Assembly (NCBI GenBank): GCA_020184695.1
Contig: JAANOX010000111.1
Location: forward strand, 1-64,000
DNA: 64,000 nt
Origin: Histomonas meleagridis 2922-C6/04-290x
Taxonomy: Eukaryota; Protista; Parabasalia
Reading direction: 5' to 3'
Shown piece by piece: positions 21,766 to 32,682 of the stretch; position 1 is the stretch's first letter, and every line of letters begins with the position of its first letter. Below the pieces are notes generated by a model, which did no database searches, was not told the DNA's origin, and was given only the letters and a program-made list of their open reading frames with translations. Made by a program: the position numbers and the translations under genes.

Positions 21766-21926
21766 AGTTGCATCGGCGGAAATGAAGAAATCATTCATTT
21801 ATGTAAACAAAATCATTCATCTTTTGAAGATGCATATGAAACTTCAAAAAGATTCCAATGAAATGATATCTTTAAATAACTTTATGATAATAAAATTGCT
21901 AAAATTAACAACTTAGATGAATTATT
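21766..21926 (+). pseudogene. Degenerate DUF3447 gene fragment
   Basis: Aligns by eye to the reverse complement of about 26320-26472 (AIAGGNAEIIHLCEQNHSTFEDAYE region), with frameshifts and a stop. Confidence 0.8.
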
Positions 21927-22231
21927 AATTTTCGATTTTAGTATTGATTTTTTCTTTGGTTAAAATCTTAAGAAACTCAGATCCATCATTTGACAGCTTT
22001 TTAAAAATTATGACCTCGAACTTTAAAAACTATTTGTGGATAAAAAAAATTCAAATGTTCTGAAATAAAATAAATAAAAAGAGATCAAAAACCTTTTAAT
22101 GAATAAGTATACATAAATAAATTTACACAAAAGCGTTTTAAATCTCATGTGTGAATCTTAAAAGCATTATCAACATTGATGAACATTTCCAAATTTAAAA
22201 TTCCATTTTACATCCGAAAACACATAAACAT

Positions 22232-23805
22232 TTATTTATAAACACAAACATCTGCAAAATCATCGCATATCAAACCGCCGCAGTCTGTTTCCATCATCAA
22301 AAGTACAGCGTTAACCGATTTCACCAAATTCTGGAACTTCTCAAGAACGCCACTTACCATTTGTATGTACAACACAACAGAGTCATCAGATTCATATTCG
22401 ACGATAAAGTTCACTCGCATTTGTAATACGTCATTTTTTGCGATTATGAATCTTTCATTGGGAAACAAAAATTTATAAGACTCCCCAACTAGGAACTGCT
22501 GTATTGTAAGCATCAAGTCAACACAACTAATTTTGATCCCCTGAATAGGATATTCAAAACTAGCTAATGTTTGTGTTGATTGTTCATTATTGAGCCATAC
22601 GTGGGCATTTTCAAAAGATTCGCAAAGAGATGGAGTAGATGCAATATCAGGCGATAAGAAAAGAAGAGAATCTGGAGATTCAGCTAAATCATGAAATGCA
22701 ATATCTTCAACACTATCAAGTACTTCTTCATCCCAAAGGGATTCCTGTTGTTGGCTAAGCATGAAAAAGAATACTTTGGCCATATTTGGTTGATCTGATT
22801 GAAGAAGTGATTTTAATTTCTCAAGATCAGAGAACCCAATTTGTTGAAGACAATCTAGCTTAGGTTTGTCTTCCTCAGTAGGTTTGATTGGGTTTGTTAA
22901 CTGTGGTAGAGGAAGAGGTTTAGGAAGTACATACCCTTCGGGCACCCCAATCCGGAATGCGGGGTGCCCCTTTATCTGGTCAATTGTTAAACGTAGCTTT
23001 GGGTCAACTACAAGGATTTTCGATATTAAGTCTTGTACAAGAGGATTTGCCTCTGATGGAAAAGCATAGCTTCCTTTTTTAATTTCATGAGCTGTTTGTC
23101 TCACTGATTTCCCATTGAATGGAAGTTTACCCTATGAGTTAGATTGTAATAAAAGATTACCTATCAAGCTATATATGCTTGACTGGTAATATAAAAACAT
23201 ACGTAAATCATTGTATACAATATTACACCTGAACTCCAAACATCAGAAAGACGGCCGTCGTAGGGAACACCACGGACAACTTCTGGTGCTGCATAAAAGA
23301 GAGATCCACATGATGTTTTTACAATATTTGATGGACCCATCCAACAAGCAAATCCAAAGTCTGCAATCCATATGTTGTTTCCTACATCCAGAAGTAAGTT
23401 TTCTGGTTTTAAGTCTCGATGACAAATACAATGTTGATGTAAATACTCTAATCCGTATATAATTTGTCTAAAAATCCTCATTGCTTCTTCTAATGATAAG
23501 CTTTGATATATATCAAGAAGTGTTCCATTTTGTGCGTACCCTTCTACAATAAACAAATGATGTTCACTTTCAAGAATATCAAGAAGTGGCAAAATGTTAG
23601 GATGATGAAGAAGTCTCATTAGGGCGATCTCCCTGTATACTTTAGTAAGTATATTTGGGTGGCCGTTAAACTTTTCTTTTTTAATGATCTTAATTGCAAC
23701 AGGTTGATTTGTAACTTTATGTCTTGCTAACTTGACCTTGCCAGAAGAACCTGATCCTAAATTCCTATCAAGGATGTAATCACCAATAGGCTGCTTCTTT
23801 TCCAT
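22232..23805 (-). CDS. CAMK-group Ser/Thr kinase (BRSK/SNF1-like), two exons
   Basis: Exon 1 is 23805-23203 (201 codons) and exon 2 is 23131-22232 (300 codons). Splicing restores VILYTMIY|GKLPF. GSGSSG, VAIK, HRDLKPEN, DFG and APE motifs intact. Confidence 0.92.
23132..23202 (-). other. 71-nt spliceosomal intron
   Basis: 5' GTATGT and 3' TCTAACTCATAG, matching the parabasalid fused branch-point/acceptor ACTAACACACAG. Phase 0; contains a stop codon. Confidence 0.92.
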
Positions 23806-24151
23806 TTGTGTTTTGGTCTGTCCATTCCAATTTTCTGAGAGTAAAAGAAATTTTTCTGAAGTTTAAAAGGACAGTCCTGAAAAATAAACTATTGAAAAGG
23901 AACGTTAAATCAGAAAATTGTCAAATATCTCACAAAAGTCTATTTTTTGAACAATTACTGTTCACATTGTTTGCCTTTGTGAACCGTTCTCGTTGTAATT
24001 TTACGTGAACTATTTATGGTTTTAAGAAGTATTTTCTTTTTTGGATATATCATGGATAAAAAAAAAATTAAGATATAAAAAAGTTTTATTTAAATTTTAT
24101 TTCTATTCTATTTTGATAAAATGAACAATTTCTATTTTTATATATATTATT

Positions 24152-26072
24152 TTAATGTTTTTTTTGAAACACCAAATTTTTTAAATATACCTTTTTAGCC
24201 TTTATTTTATTTCTTTTGTATTCATGAAGTAACTGAGTAGCTTCATTATATCCATTATCAGAAGCCAATTTAAGTGCTGTTTTAAATGAATTTCATAAAT
24301 TCCATATAAAATTATCAAATATAAAATAGATTAAATAAATCATAATATTAATGTATATACATCTTTCGATTTAATGTCAATACTTTCTTGCTTAAGAAGT
24401 AATTTAATAATTTGAATATTGCCTTTTCTAGCTGCCTTCATTAGTAATGTTTCAAATATATTTAATCAATTCCAAATATTAAGTTGCAACATAAAATTTT
24501 GTATATAAATTATATATAAATTAAATAAATATCTTTAGAATTGATATCAATTTCATTTTGTTCGAGAAGTATTTGAACAATTTCAAGATTTCCTTTGAAA
24601 AATGCTTTCACAAGCGCTGTTTGCAATTATTTAATTAAACTTTAAATACTTATTTGAAATAAAAAATCATAAAAATATACTTGATTTTATAAAAATAAAT
24701 ATCTTTAGCATTAACATCAATTCCTTCTTGTTCAAGAAGCAATTGAACTATATCTATATGATTATTTGAAGATGCAATCATTAGTGCTGTTTTAAATACT
24801 TTAAACAATTTCCAAATTTTTCTTCAAAACATTAAATTGTTAAAACAAAGTTTAAATAAAACAAATAAATATCTTGAGCATTAATATCAATACCATTTTG
24901 CTCAAGAAGTAATTTAACTATTTCTATATTACCATTTGAAGATGCGATCATTAATGCCGTTTTAATAAAGTAAAATATATTCCAATTATTTTATTAAAAC
25001 TTCAAATTATTTTTACAAACATTAAAATAAATTATTAAACATCTTTAGCATTAAAATCAATTCCTTCTTGTTCAAGAAGTAATTTAACTATTTCAATAGA
25101 ACCAATTTCAGATGCTATCATAAGAGCTGTTTGAAGTTGTATGAATAAAGTTCAATAATTATATCGAAACATGAATAATTTCAAAAAAACAATAAACAAT
25201 AAAAAATTTACTTTTTTCTTTTTAGCATTTATATTAATTCCTTTTTGTTTAAGAAGTAATTTAACAATTTCAATTGAATCATTTTTACATGCAATCATAA
25301 GCACAGTATCAAATTATTTTAGTAAATTCCAATTATTATTACCAAATATCAAATTATCAAAAGATTAAAATATAAAAAATAAACAACTTTTTTTCGAGCA
25401 TTAATATCAATTCCTTCCTGTTCTAGAAGTAATTTAACAACTTCAATATTTCCGTTTTTTGAAGCTTTCATAAGTGCTGTTTCAAATAATTTGAATAAAT
25501 TCCAAATATTATATCATAACATTAAATTATTAAAACAAAAATGAAATAAAAAATATAAAAATCTTTAGCATTTATATCAATTTTCCCTTGTTCGAGAAGT
25601 AATTTAATAATATCAATATTACCATAATAAGTTGCTATCATAAAAGCAGTCCAAAACAATATTAAAAAACATTAAATATTCTTTTAAAACATTAAATAAC
25701 ACAAAAAAACATCAAATAAATAATGTTTTACATTTTTAATATTGATATCAATTCCTTCTTTAAGAAGCATTTTAACAATATTAATATGACCATTTCGAAC
25801 AGCAATCATTAATGCTGTATCAAACACAATAAAAAAATTCCAAATATTATATTAAAATAGTAAAAACAATAAAATCAACTTTAAATTAAACATAAAAATA
25901 TTTTTTGCTTTAATATCTTTTCTTCTTTGTTCGATAATATATTTTGTAATATTTACATGACCAATTTTAGCTGCAATCATTAATGCAGTATCAAATAATC
26001 GAATAAAATTCCAAATATTATATTGATAAATCATGAAATCAAAAAAATAAAATTTATATCAAAAAAATCAAC
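24152..26072 (-). repeat. Array of 11 ankyrin-repeat coding modules separated by 80-87 nt non-coding spacers (period about 170 nt)
   Basis: Modules: 25989-25900, 25818-25732, 25650-25561, 25480-25391, 25307-25218, 25130-25041, 24960-24871, 24790-24701, 24620-24531, 24450-24361 and 24280-24152. Each reads like TALMxAxxxGxxEIVKLLLEQxGIDINAKD with no internal stop. Confidence 0.93.
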
Positions 26073-27254
26073 ACATTTAGTCTTTAAGTCAATCCATTTC
26101 TTCATTAAAGAATATTTAAAAAGTTCTTCGTTTCTAGAAATTATCACAGAGTTTAAAATATTTTTAGGAACATTATATTTTTGAGAAAAATATTTAACAA
26201 GAAAAATATTTCCAATTTCAATAGATTTTTTAAAACAGAATTTATCAATTTTCATTCCATTTTCTTCTAAAAACATAAAAATTTCATAATTATCATATAA
26301 AACACATTTCTTTCCTAATTCCTCCAAACTATTAATTTTACCAATTTTATTTTCATAAATATATTTAAAGATATCATTTCGATGAAATTCTATAGCTGTT
26401 TCATAAGCATCTTCAAATGTCGAATGATTTTGTTCACATAAATGAATAATTTCGGCATTTCCACCTGCAATTGCATATTTTCCTGTATGTAATATTAAAG
26501 AGCCATTTAATAATAAATATTTAAAACATTTAACAGCGGAAAAAAAAGCTGCATAATCAATTAATGTAACATCTTCTCCATTAATGAATGAATATCTTTC
26601 ATATAGCGATTGTTCAATTTTCTGGTTAAAATCAAAATAATTTTGTGATGATATTTCATGAAGTTTTTCTATTTCATCATTTCGAATTATTTTTGAGATT
26701 TCATTCGGATTAATTCCTTCTTTAATTAATTGCTTATGAAGTTCCCAATCACTATTTGATAGCTCATAAAAATTTGCAAAAAATTGAGTTTCAAATGGAT
26801 AATTATTATTTCTTAAATTATAAATTTCTTCTTTCGATTTATAATGACAAAAATACAAAGACTTAATATTCGTTATTGATTCTTGATCAATTAATTTATG
26901 TTCTATCATTTTTTCTAGAAGATAATATGACTCTTGTCTATCAAAATATAAAAGAAGTTCTTTAAAAATATCAATAACATTATAAACATTTAATTTTTCT
27001 TCTTTTATTTGAAGTGATTTTAAATAATCAAAGCATATTTTAACATTTTGAAGTTGCGAGGTAAAATAAGAATAAACTAAGCGACATATAACAAGGTTAA
27101 ATGAATAAGGAAATTGTTTATAATAAAGATTTAATGTTGAATCAACTGAAGATTCAATATTATTTTCGCTTAGTCCAAACACAATATCCTCAATGCTTTG
27201 TAGTGCTTCTATGAAATCTTCATTGTTTAGGTTTTTTGTCTGACTGCTTCCCAT
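26031..27254 (-). CDS. DUF3447/ankyrin-family protein, N-terminal part (apparent stop lies inside the first spacer)
   Basis: 407 aa with IRNDEIEKL, TLIDYAAFFSAVKCFKYLLLNG and YAIAGGNAEIIHLCEQ typical of DUF3447; the last 14 codons run into the spacer starting at 26072. Confidence 0.88.
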   Translation of the reverse strand: MGSSQTKNLNNEDFIEALQSIEDIVFGLSENNIESSVDSTLNLYYKQFPYSFNLVICRLVYSYFTSQLQNVKICFDYLKSLQIKEEKLNVYNVIDIFKELLLYFDRQESYYLLEKMIEHKLIDQESITNIKSLYFCHYKSKEEIYNLRNNNYPFETQFFANFYELSNSDWELHKQLIKEGINPNEISKIIRNDEIEKLHEISSQNYFDFNQKIEQSLYERYSFINGEDVTLIDYAAFFSAVKCFKYLLLNGSLILHTGKYAIAGGNAEIIHLCEQNHSTFEDAYETAIEFHRNDIFKYIYENKIGKINSLEELGKKCVLYDNYEIFMFLEENGMKIDKFCFKKSIEIGNIFLVKYFSQKYNVPKNILNSVIISRNEELFKYSLMKKWIDLKTKCVDFFDINFIFLIS

Positions 27255-27931
27255 CTTTAAGATTTAGGAAACAGTAAATTGATGACACTTTTTGTATAAA
27301 CCATGGCTTGTCAGTATAAACCGAATGCTAAACAACAGACAAGCCTCAGTATATAATCATCTTCAATAATTAAATTCTGACCGTTGAAGGATGTTATCCA
27401 TAAAAAAAACAATGATTTTCAAACATGTTTTTATTGATATCAATAAACTTTTTTTTTCATTAAGAACTGGAAGGTAAAAACATATAAAAATTAATTCCAA
27501 GCAGAACTTTTGTGGAATTTATGAAAATTTTCTTCGATGATTATAATTTTACAATTATTAAAATGGAAGTTATCTCTCTTGAAATAGATCCTAGGTATAT
27601 GATAGTTGAGCATTGGTACGTGCTTTCTTCTTATATATGTTTCAAAAAAAAATATTTAGACAATTGGACAATTTTAAAAGCAAGAGTTTTGGAATCTTGA
27701 ACTGATGGCATTCAAATTTTGAGCGGTTTAAATCAAAAATTTCTATTTTTGAAAAGAACTTTCATTCATTTGTACGACAATTCACCTTAGACAAAGTTTT
27801 ATGCAATTCAGACCATGAACAAATCTCTCAAAGTTGAACTATATAACTTTATACAACAAAACCATGTCTTCTAGCTATCAAAAATTTGGGATTTGAGAAA
27901 TTAATTCAATTTTAACCTTCTCTTGGAACAC

Positions 27932-28990
27932 ATGAAACATTCCAATTTTACTCTTTTCTCTTTTACACTAACTCTATTATTTATATTTGGCATATCATTG
28001 ATACTTTTTATGGGACTTAGCATTCATTCCTCAAATTTTGAAAAAATAAATTATATTTATATTAATCAAACATTTTCAAACAGTAAAAATGGTAAAGACA
28101 GAAAGAAAATTGCATTTGTTACTTCCTTTTATTATTTTCCTGAATCAAAACGGCAGCGACATCCAACTGAATATTATAAAACAGGATTTTCAAGTCTTTT
28201 AGGCAATATCTCCAAAGAAATTGACTTCTACATGTATACCAATGATTTAGGTCTAAAAATACTTGAACTGAACACAACAAAAAATAATTTTTATATCAAC
28301 CTTACATATAAAAGTCCTTATGACATTTGTAACATCAGTAAATATAAGGAAAAATACACACATATATCAAACAAATATCATATACCGTCTATTGTACTAA
28401 GTGAAAATCTTGGTGCAATATGGAACTCCAAAATCTGCTTACTTGAGGAAGTTAGTAAATTTCCAAATGAATATGAATACATATTTTGGATTGACACAGG
28501 AATAATTAAACAGACAAACTATACTCCATTTAAAATTCCATTTCCTCAAAGAGTTGAAAAGATATTTTCAAACCATTCGCAATTTTTGGTTGAGGCAAGA
28601 CAAATCGCAGCATTTGAAACTGGTAAGAATTATGTGCCAATGCATGAACTAAATCCTGACTTTGGTAATTTGGTTGCATCTGGATTTTTTGGAGGTAAAT
28701 CCGAATCAATTAAAAAGGCCAAAGAATTATTCTTCGAAGTACATGATATATATCTTCGAAAAGATCTGAATATTGTGAGAGAAGAAAATGTGTTTAATGC
28801 ATTGCTTATGTATTATCCACAATACTTTATGGGATTTAGTATAAAGTCTAAAAATTGCTGTCAATGGGACTGCGGCCCGACATTTCTTTCGGATAATAAT
28901 AACTGTGGATTTGATAATCAATTGATTTTCATTGAAATTAAAGAGAATAAATTTGTAATAAAAAGAGATAATTTAGAAGATTGGTTATAA
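27932..28990 (+). CDS. HtrL/YibB-like putative glycosyltransferase, type II membrane protein
   Basis: First ATG at 27932; TM; FVTSFY, IWNSKICLL, IFWIDTG, SGFFGG and REENVFNAL motifs. Confidence 0.6.
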   Translation: MKHSNFTLFSFTLTLLFIFGISLILFMGLSIHSSNFEKINYIYINQTFSNSKNGKDRKKIAFVTSFYYFPESKRQRHPTEYYKTGFSSLLGNISKEIDFYMYTNDLGLKILELNTTKNNFYINLTYKSPYDICNISKYKEKYTHISNKYHIPSIVLSENLGAIWNSKICLLEEVSKFPNEYEYIFWIDTGIIKQTNYTPFKIPFPQRVEKIFSNHSQFLVEARQIAAFETGKNYVPMHELNPDFGNLVASGFFGGKSESIKKAKELFFEVHDIYLRKDLNIVREENVFNALLMYYPQYFMGFSIKSKNCCQWDCGPTFLSDNNNCGFDNQLIFIEIKENKFVIKRDNLEDWL

Positions 28991-29686
28991 ATAAAGATAA
29001 ATCGATTTTAATATATTTTTATATTTGAATTTTGTTTATAGTAAAAAATTGAATTTATCACATGAATGCTTCAAAATGGGCAAACTTCGTATAATGTTTC
29101 TGATAAAATCATAATTCCACGATCTAACAATATTCTGATTGGAATTTTCCAAATGAATTTTTACCAACTTCTAATTATCTTAATAACAGTAACAGTAAAA
29201 TTTAAAAAATGTGATAAAACTACATTTAATCAAATAGGTACGATCTAATTAAAATGCTAATAACTCTTGCAATAGCACTGTTATGTAGTAATATTACTAC
29301 ACTATAGTTCGATAATAACATATTTTTAGTAGCAAATAATTAAATTATTCAAGTTGGAAATAATATTGAAATGGATATAAATTTTCTCATAAGAAATTTA
29401 AAGTTAAAAAATTTCTCATTTGGATGTGATACAGTGTTCATTTACATATGAAAAATTACTTCTGTGTAAAGACAGATCGGAATTTTACTATGAAGAATCA
29501 AATGGAAGTTCATATCTGTTATGATGACAAAAAATAAGATGATAATTTATTTATTTAACATGAATTCCAGAGTTAACTCATTGATTCCCACGTAAAGGGA
29601 AATTTTGATAAAAAATGTTTAAACATTTTAATAACATCATTCGAAAAAATTTATTTTATTGAACAACAAATTAAATATAATAGATA

Positions 29687-31780
29687 CTACAAGCAAGAGT
29701 ACAATCTTGCTATATTGTCAATTTCGTATTGCCTTTCCAAATCTTCTTTTTGTATACACTTTTCATTTCTGTACATATTTCTATAGAACGTAAACGGCTC
29801 AAACAACTTTTTCTGAGATTTACACTCGCTTTCTTTGGCTTTTTTGATGTTTTCAATCGACGAAATTTTAAATCCGAAAGCGATTTTACGTTCGATCTTT
29901 GGGAAATATCTTTTATTTCTCTTCAACACCTTCTTGTTCATCTTCTTAACTTTCCTTACTCTAATGAATAATTCCAATTCATCATTTTCATCGTCTAAAA
30001 TTGGTTCATCGAAATTCGTGAAAATTCCAAATTTAGCGAACGAAAACAACATAAACTTGGAACAGTATAACAAAGAAAGACTTTGCATTTCTCGAATTTT
30101 ATCTATATTAAATGGAATGTGGAATTCTTTGGCTGAAAGATATCGCAGTAACAAACTCTTCAGCTGAAGTAATTCGTCTTCAAAGTTAATAAATGTATCA
30201 AATATCATCCGTTCGTTGGAGAATATATCTTCCAAAAAATTATGCAAGATATCTGGGTTCAATTTGTTTATTATTTTCCGCTCTTCGTTGTTAGGAGTGT
30301 ATGTGTTGATCGATGGAATGAAATAATCAATGATTGGTAATGAGGTTTTAGGTTTGATGATTAATATCTTAAGAAATTGTAATAGAATTGTTATGTTTAA
30401 GAAGCCAATTGGGATGTATTGAGTCATGTCCAATTGATTTAAAAGGTCATTTTCGATTTTAGGGATTTGTTGAATACGAAAAAAATGTTGAATATCCTTC
30501 TTAGTTACGTATCGTAATGAACTTGGTTTCTCAGTCATTGAAAACGGTATAAACTTGAGTAAAATCGTTGGATATTTTTGAGATAAAAAATAATAATTAT
30601 TAGAAAAAAAATAATTAGTGTAATAGTTAAAAAAATAATAAGGGCTTTGGATTTCTATTGCAGCTTGCATAATCTCTTTCTGTATTCGTATATCGACATT
30701 TCGTGTGGCAATGAAATGTGATATGAAACGGAAGCTTTTTGGATCATTTAACATGTGAACGAGATAACAGTGATTAAACTTAAGTTCAATGTAGGACATA
30801 ATTGCAGGAGAAAAGAAGTAATTGAGATTAGTTGAATAATTAATAATTTGATATGTATCAAAATTTAAAATGTTTGGATCTCGAAACAAATGATATATTA
30901 AACCACCACATTGGTCATCAATTAATAAAAGAAATGTTCGGGATTTGGAAATTATTATTAATGAGTCGGATTGAAAAACAGATATATCGTCAATGTTTTC
31001 TAATGATAAGGAATGAAGACTAATGGAAACACCTTCTTTTGATGGAAAGTTTAACAGTAGAACTTTTTTGGGTGTTAATGACATAATTATTGAATTTCCA
31101 TTATTATTCACAAAAAAGTGAGTGGGCAAAAATTCATCATCAGGGCGAATTTGGATAGAATATGGTTCTTGGAATTTTTCGCATTGGAAGCTGTAAAGAA
31201 ATATTTTTCTTTTATTCGTCATGACAGCTAAATAATTTCTTGCACTGTTAAATTCCCACCATAACACATCACTAATAATCCTAGACCCAAACAAAGTGTA
31301 AAGAGATACAGAATTATGAGCTATTTTAAGAAATCCAGTTTTTAATGCATTATCTTTCTCATAAATAAAATATTCTCTTTCATTAGTAGAGGAAGGTATG
31401 AACACAAATCTTGTTGAGTTTTGTAGCTCTAAAGGTTTCGAGTTAGGAAAAAGCGGAATAAAGTAAGTACAATTATCATCAAAAACAAACGCAAGAATTT
31501 TACCTTGTGCAACCATTGTAGTATTTGTTATCTTCCCGCTTTTTGGGAAAGTATAAATTTTTGTTTTTTTTGAGGAATTAGATACATATTTATAAATTTC
31601 TGTTGACTTCTGATTTTTTCGATAAACAAAAACATTTCCTTCGGTGGACATACCACAAAAGTATTGATTTTGTTTATCTCCGATATCATTGATTTTCTCT
31701 GTTTCTATCATTAACCCTTTTTTGATAACTTTAGAGACCGTTAAGGAGTAAAAAAGTAGAAAACTGGCAGAATAAACCAT
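29687..31780 (-). CDS. Beta-propeller plus helical protein, possibly RMC1/Mic1-like
   Basis: 697-aa ORF; GKILAFVFDD and VLWWEFNSARNYLAV loosely resemble the RMC1 N-terminus. The family call is tentative. Confidence 0.4.
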   Translation of the reverse strand: MVYSASFLLFYSLTVSKVIKKGLMIETEKINDIGDKQNQYFCGMSTEGNVFVYRKNQKSTEIYKYVSNSSKKTKIYTFPKSGKITNTTMVAQGKILAFVFDDNCTYFIPLFPNSKPLELQNSTRFVFIPSSTNEREYFIYEKDNALKTGFLKIAHNSVSLYTLFGSRIISDVLWWEFNSARNYLAVMTNKRKIFLYSFQCEKFQEPYSIQIRPDDEFLPTHFFVNNNGNSIIMSLTPKKVLLLNFPSKEGVSISLHSLSLENIDDISVFQSDSLIIISKSRTFLLLIDDQCGGLIYHLFRDPNILNFDTYQIINYSTNLNYFFSPAIMSYIELKFNHCYLVHMLNDPKSFRFISHFIATRNVDIRIQKEIMQAAIEIQSPYYFFNYYTNYFFSNNYYFLSQKYPTILLKFIPFSMTEKPSSLRYVTKKDIQHFFRIQQIPKIENDLLNQLDMTQYIPIGFLNITILLQFLKILIIKPKTSLPIIDYFIPSINTYTPNNEERKIINKLNPDILHNFLEDIFSNERMIFDTFINFEDELLQLKSLLLRYLSAKEFHIPFNIDKIREMQSLSLLYCSKFMLFSFAKFGIFTNFDEPILDDENDELELFIRVRKVKKMNKKVLKRNKRYFPKIERKIAFGFKISSIENIKKAKESECKSQKKLFEPFTFYRNMYRNEKCIQKEDLERQYEIDNIARLYSCL

Positions 31781-31832
31781 TGAAAATTGAATACTGAAAA
31801 TTGTTGTTTTGAAAAGTTATAATTAGTAACAA

Positions 31833-32306
31833 ATGTCCTCTTTTGCAGAGCGTCGTGCTCTTCTTGCACGTACATTCGGAAACCCAGGTCCTCCTCCACC
31901 TTCAAATAGTGGTGGACCTGCACCAAGGCCAGCAATGTTTATACCAGGAATGCCAATGCCTGGATCAGTTACAGCCGATGAAGATGAAAATGAAGATCCA
32001 ACTCAAATGAGACGTCCACCACCAAAACCAGTGGCACCAACTTATACATTTCCAGAAGCTGTTGGGTCACCACCTGCACTCATTAAGAAAAAGAGAGAAT
32101 ATCCTTCTAAGGCTAGAACAGGTACAGAAGGATGCAGTGATTTTCATTCATTCATTGTAGAAAATGCTCCTCAAAGTTCATCGCCTAAACCAGCGAAAGC
32201 ACCAAAGGCACCGAAAGCATCTAAAGATGATGGAGGCGGTGCTCCACCCCCACCTCCACCTCCACCACCTCCGCCACCTCCAACTCTACAAAAGTATCGC
32301 GAATGA
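31833..32306 (+). CDS. Proline-rich protein with a C-terminal polyproline tract
   Basis: 157 aa with a run of 13 Pro, KAP repeats and GC-rich coding-like composition. Confidence 0.75.
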   Translation: MSSFAERRALLARTFGNPGPPPPSNSGGPAPRPAMFIPGMPMPGSVTADEDENEDPTQMRRPPPKPVAPTYTFPEAVGSPPALIKKKREYPSKARTGTEGCSDFHSFIVENAPQSSSPKPAKAPKAPKASKDDGGGAPPPPPPPPPPPPPTLQKYRE

Positions 32307-32682
32307 GTTAATTATGAGTCATTCTTAAAAATGAATATTCTCATTTTTTTTACTGATTATTTTTATCAACTAACAACAATATAAATTAATGTATACACAT
32401 ATTGTAGTACTTTAAATACATGTTTTTTTTGACAATTTTTTGAAAAAATTTAGAATGAAATTTCCATTTATAACAAATTTTTTTGTTATTACAATAAAAA
32501 AATCATTTTATGATACAAAAATCCAATATTATATAAGGAAATGATTTAATATCTGATAAACACAAAGAAAACAATTTTTGTTTAATAAACAGATATTTTA
32601 ACGTTCTATAAATTTGTTCAAAAATGAAAAGTGCGTTGACAAAATTATTTTCATTGAAAAATTCTGGCATTTATAAGCCAAG

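Noticed and set aside
22940-22969. 9-bp inverted repeat GGGCACCCC/GGGGTGCCC inside the kinase CDS
   Set aside because: Explainable by Gly-His-Pro / Gly-Val-Pro codons; not counted as a promoter motif.
24152-26072. CRISPR-like repeat-spacer array
   Set aside because: The repeats are 90-nt diverged ankyrin coding modules in a eukaryotic genome, with no cas genes.
24281-26072. Spacers as canonical GT-AG or U12 AT-AC introns using the downstream ACAG/AC
   Set aside because: Using that AG or AC breaks the frame and deletes the conserved Thr-Ala; ACAG is absent in five modules; there is no CTAAC or RTATCCT.
27330-29600. Possible decayed genes at 27330-27900 and 29040-29600
   Set aside because: No continuous motif could be assembled by eye.
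32292-32380. Possible intron GTATCG...ACTAACAACAAT after the polyproline gene
   Set aside because: It ends in AAT rather than AG, and no coding frame follows.
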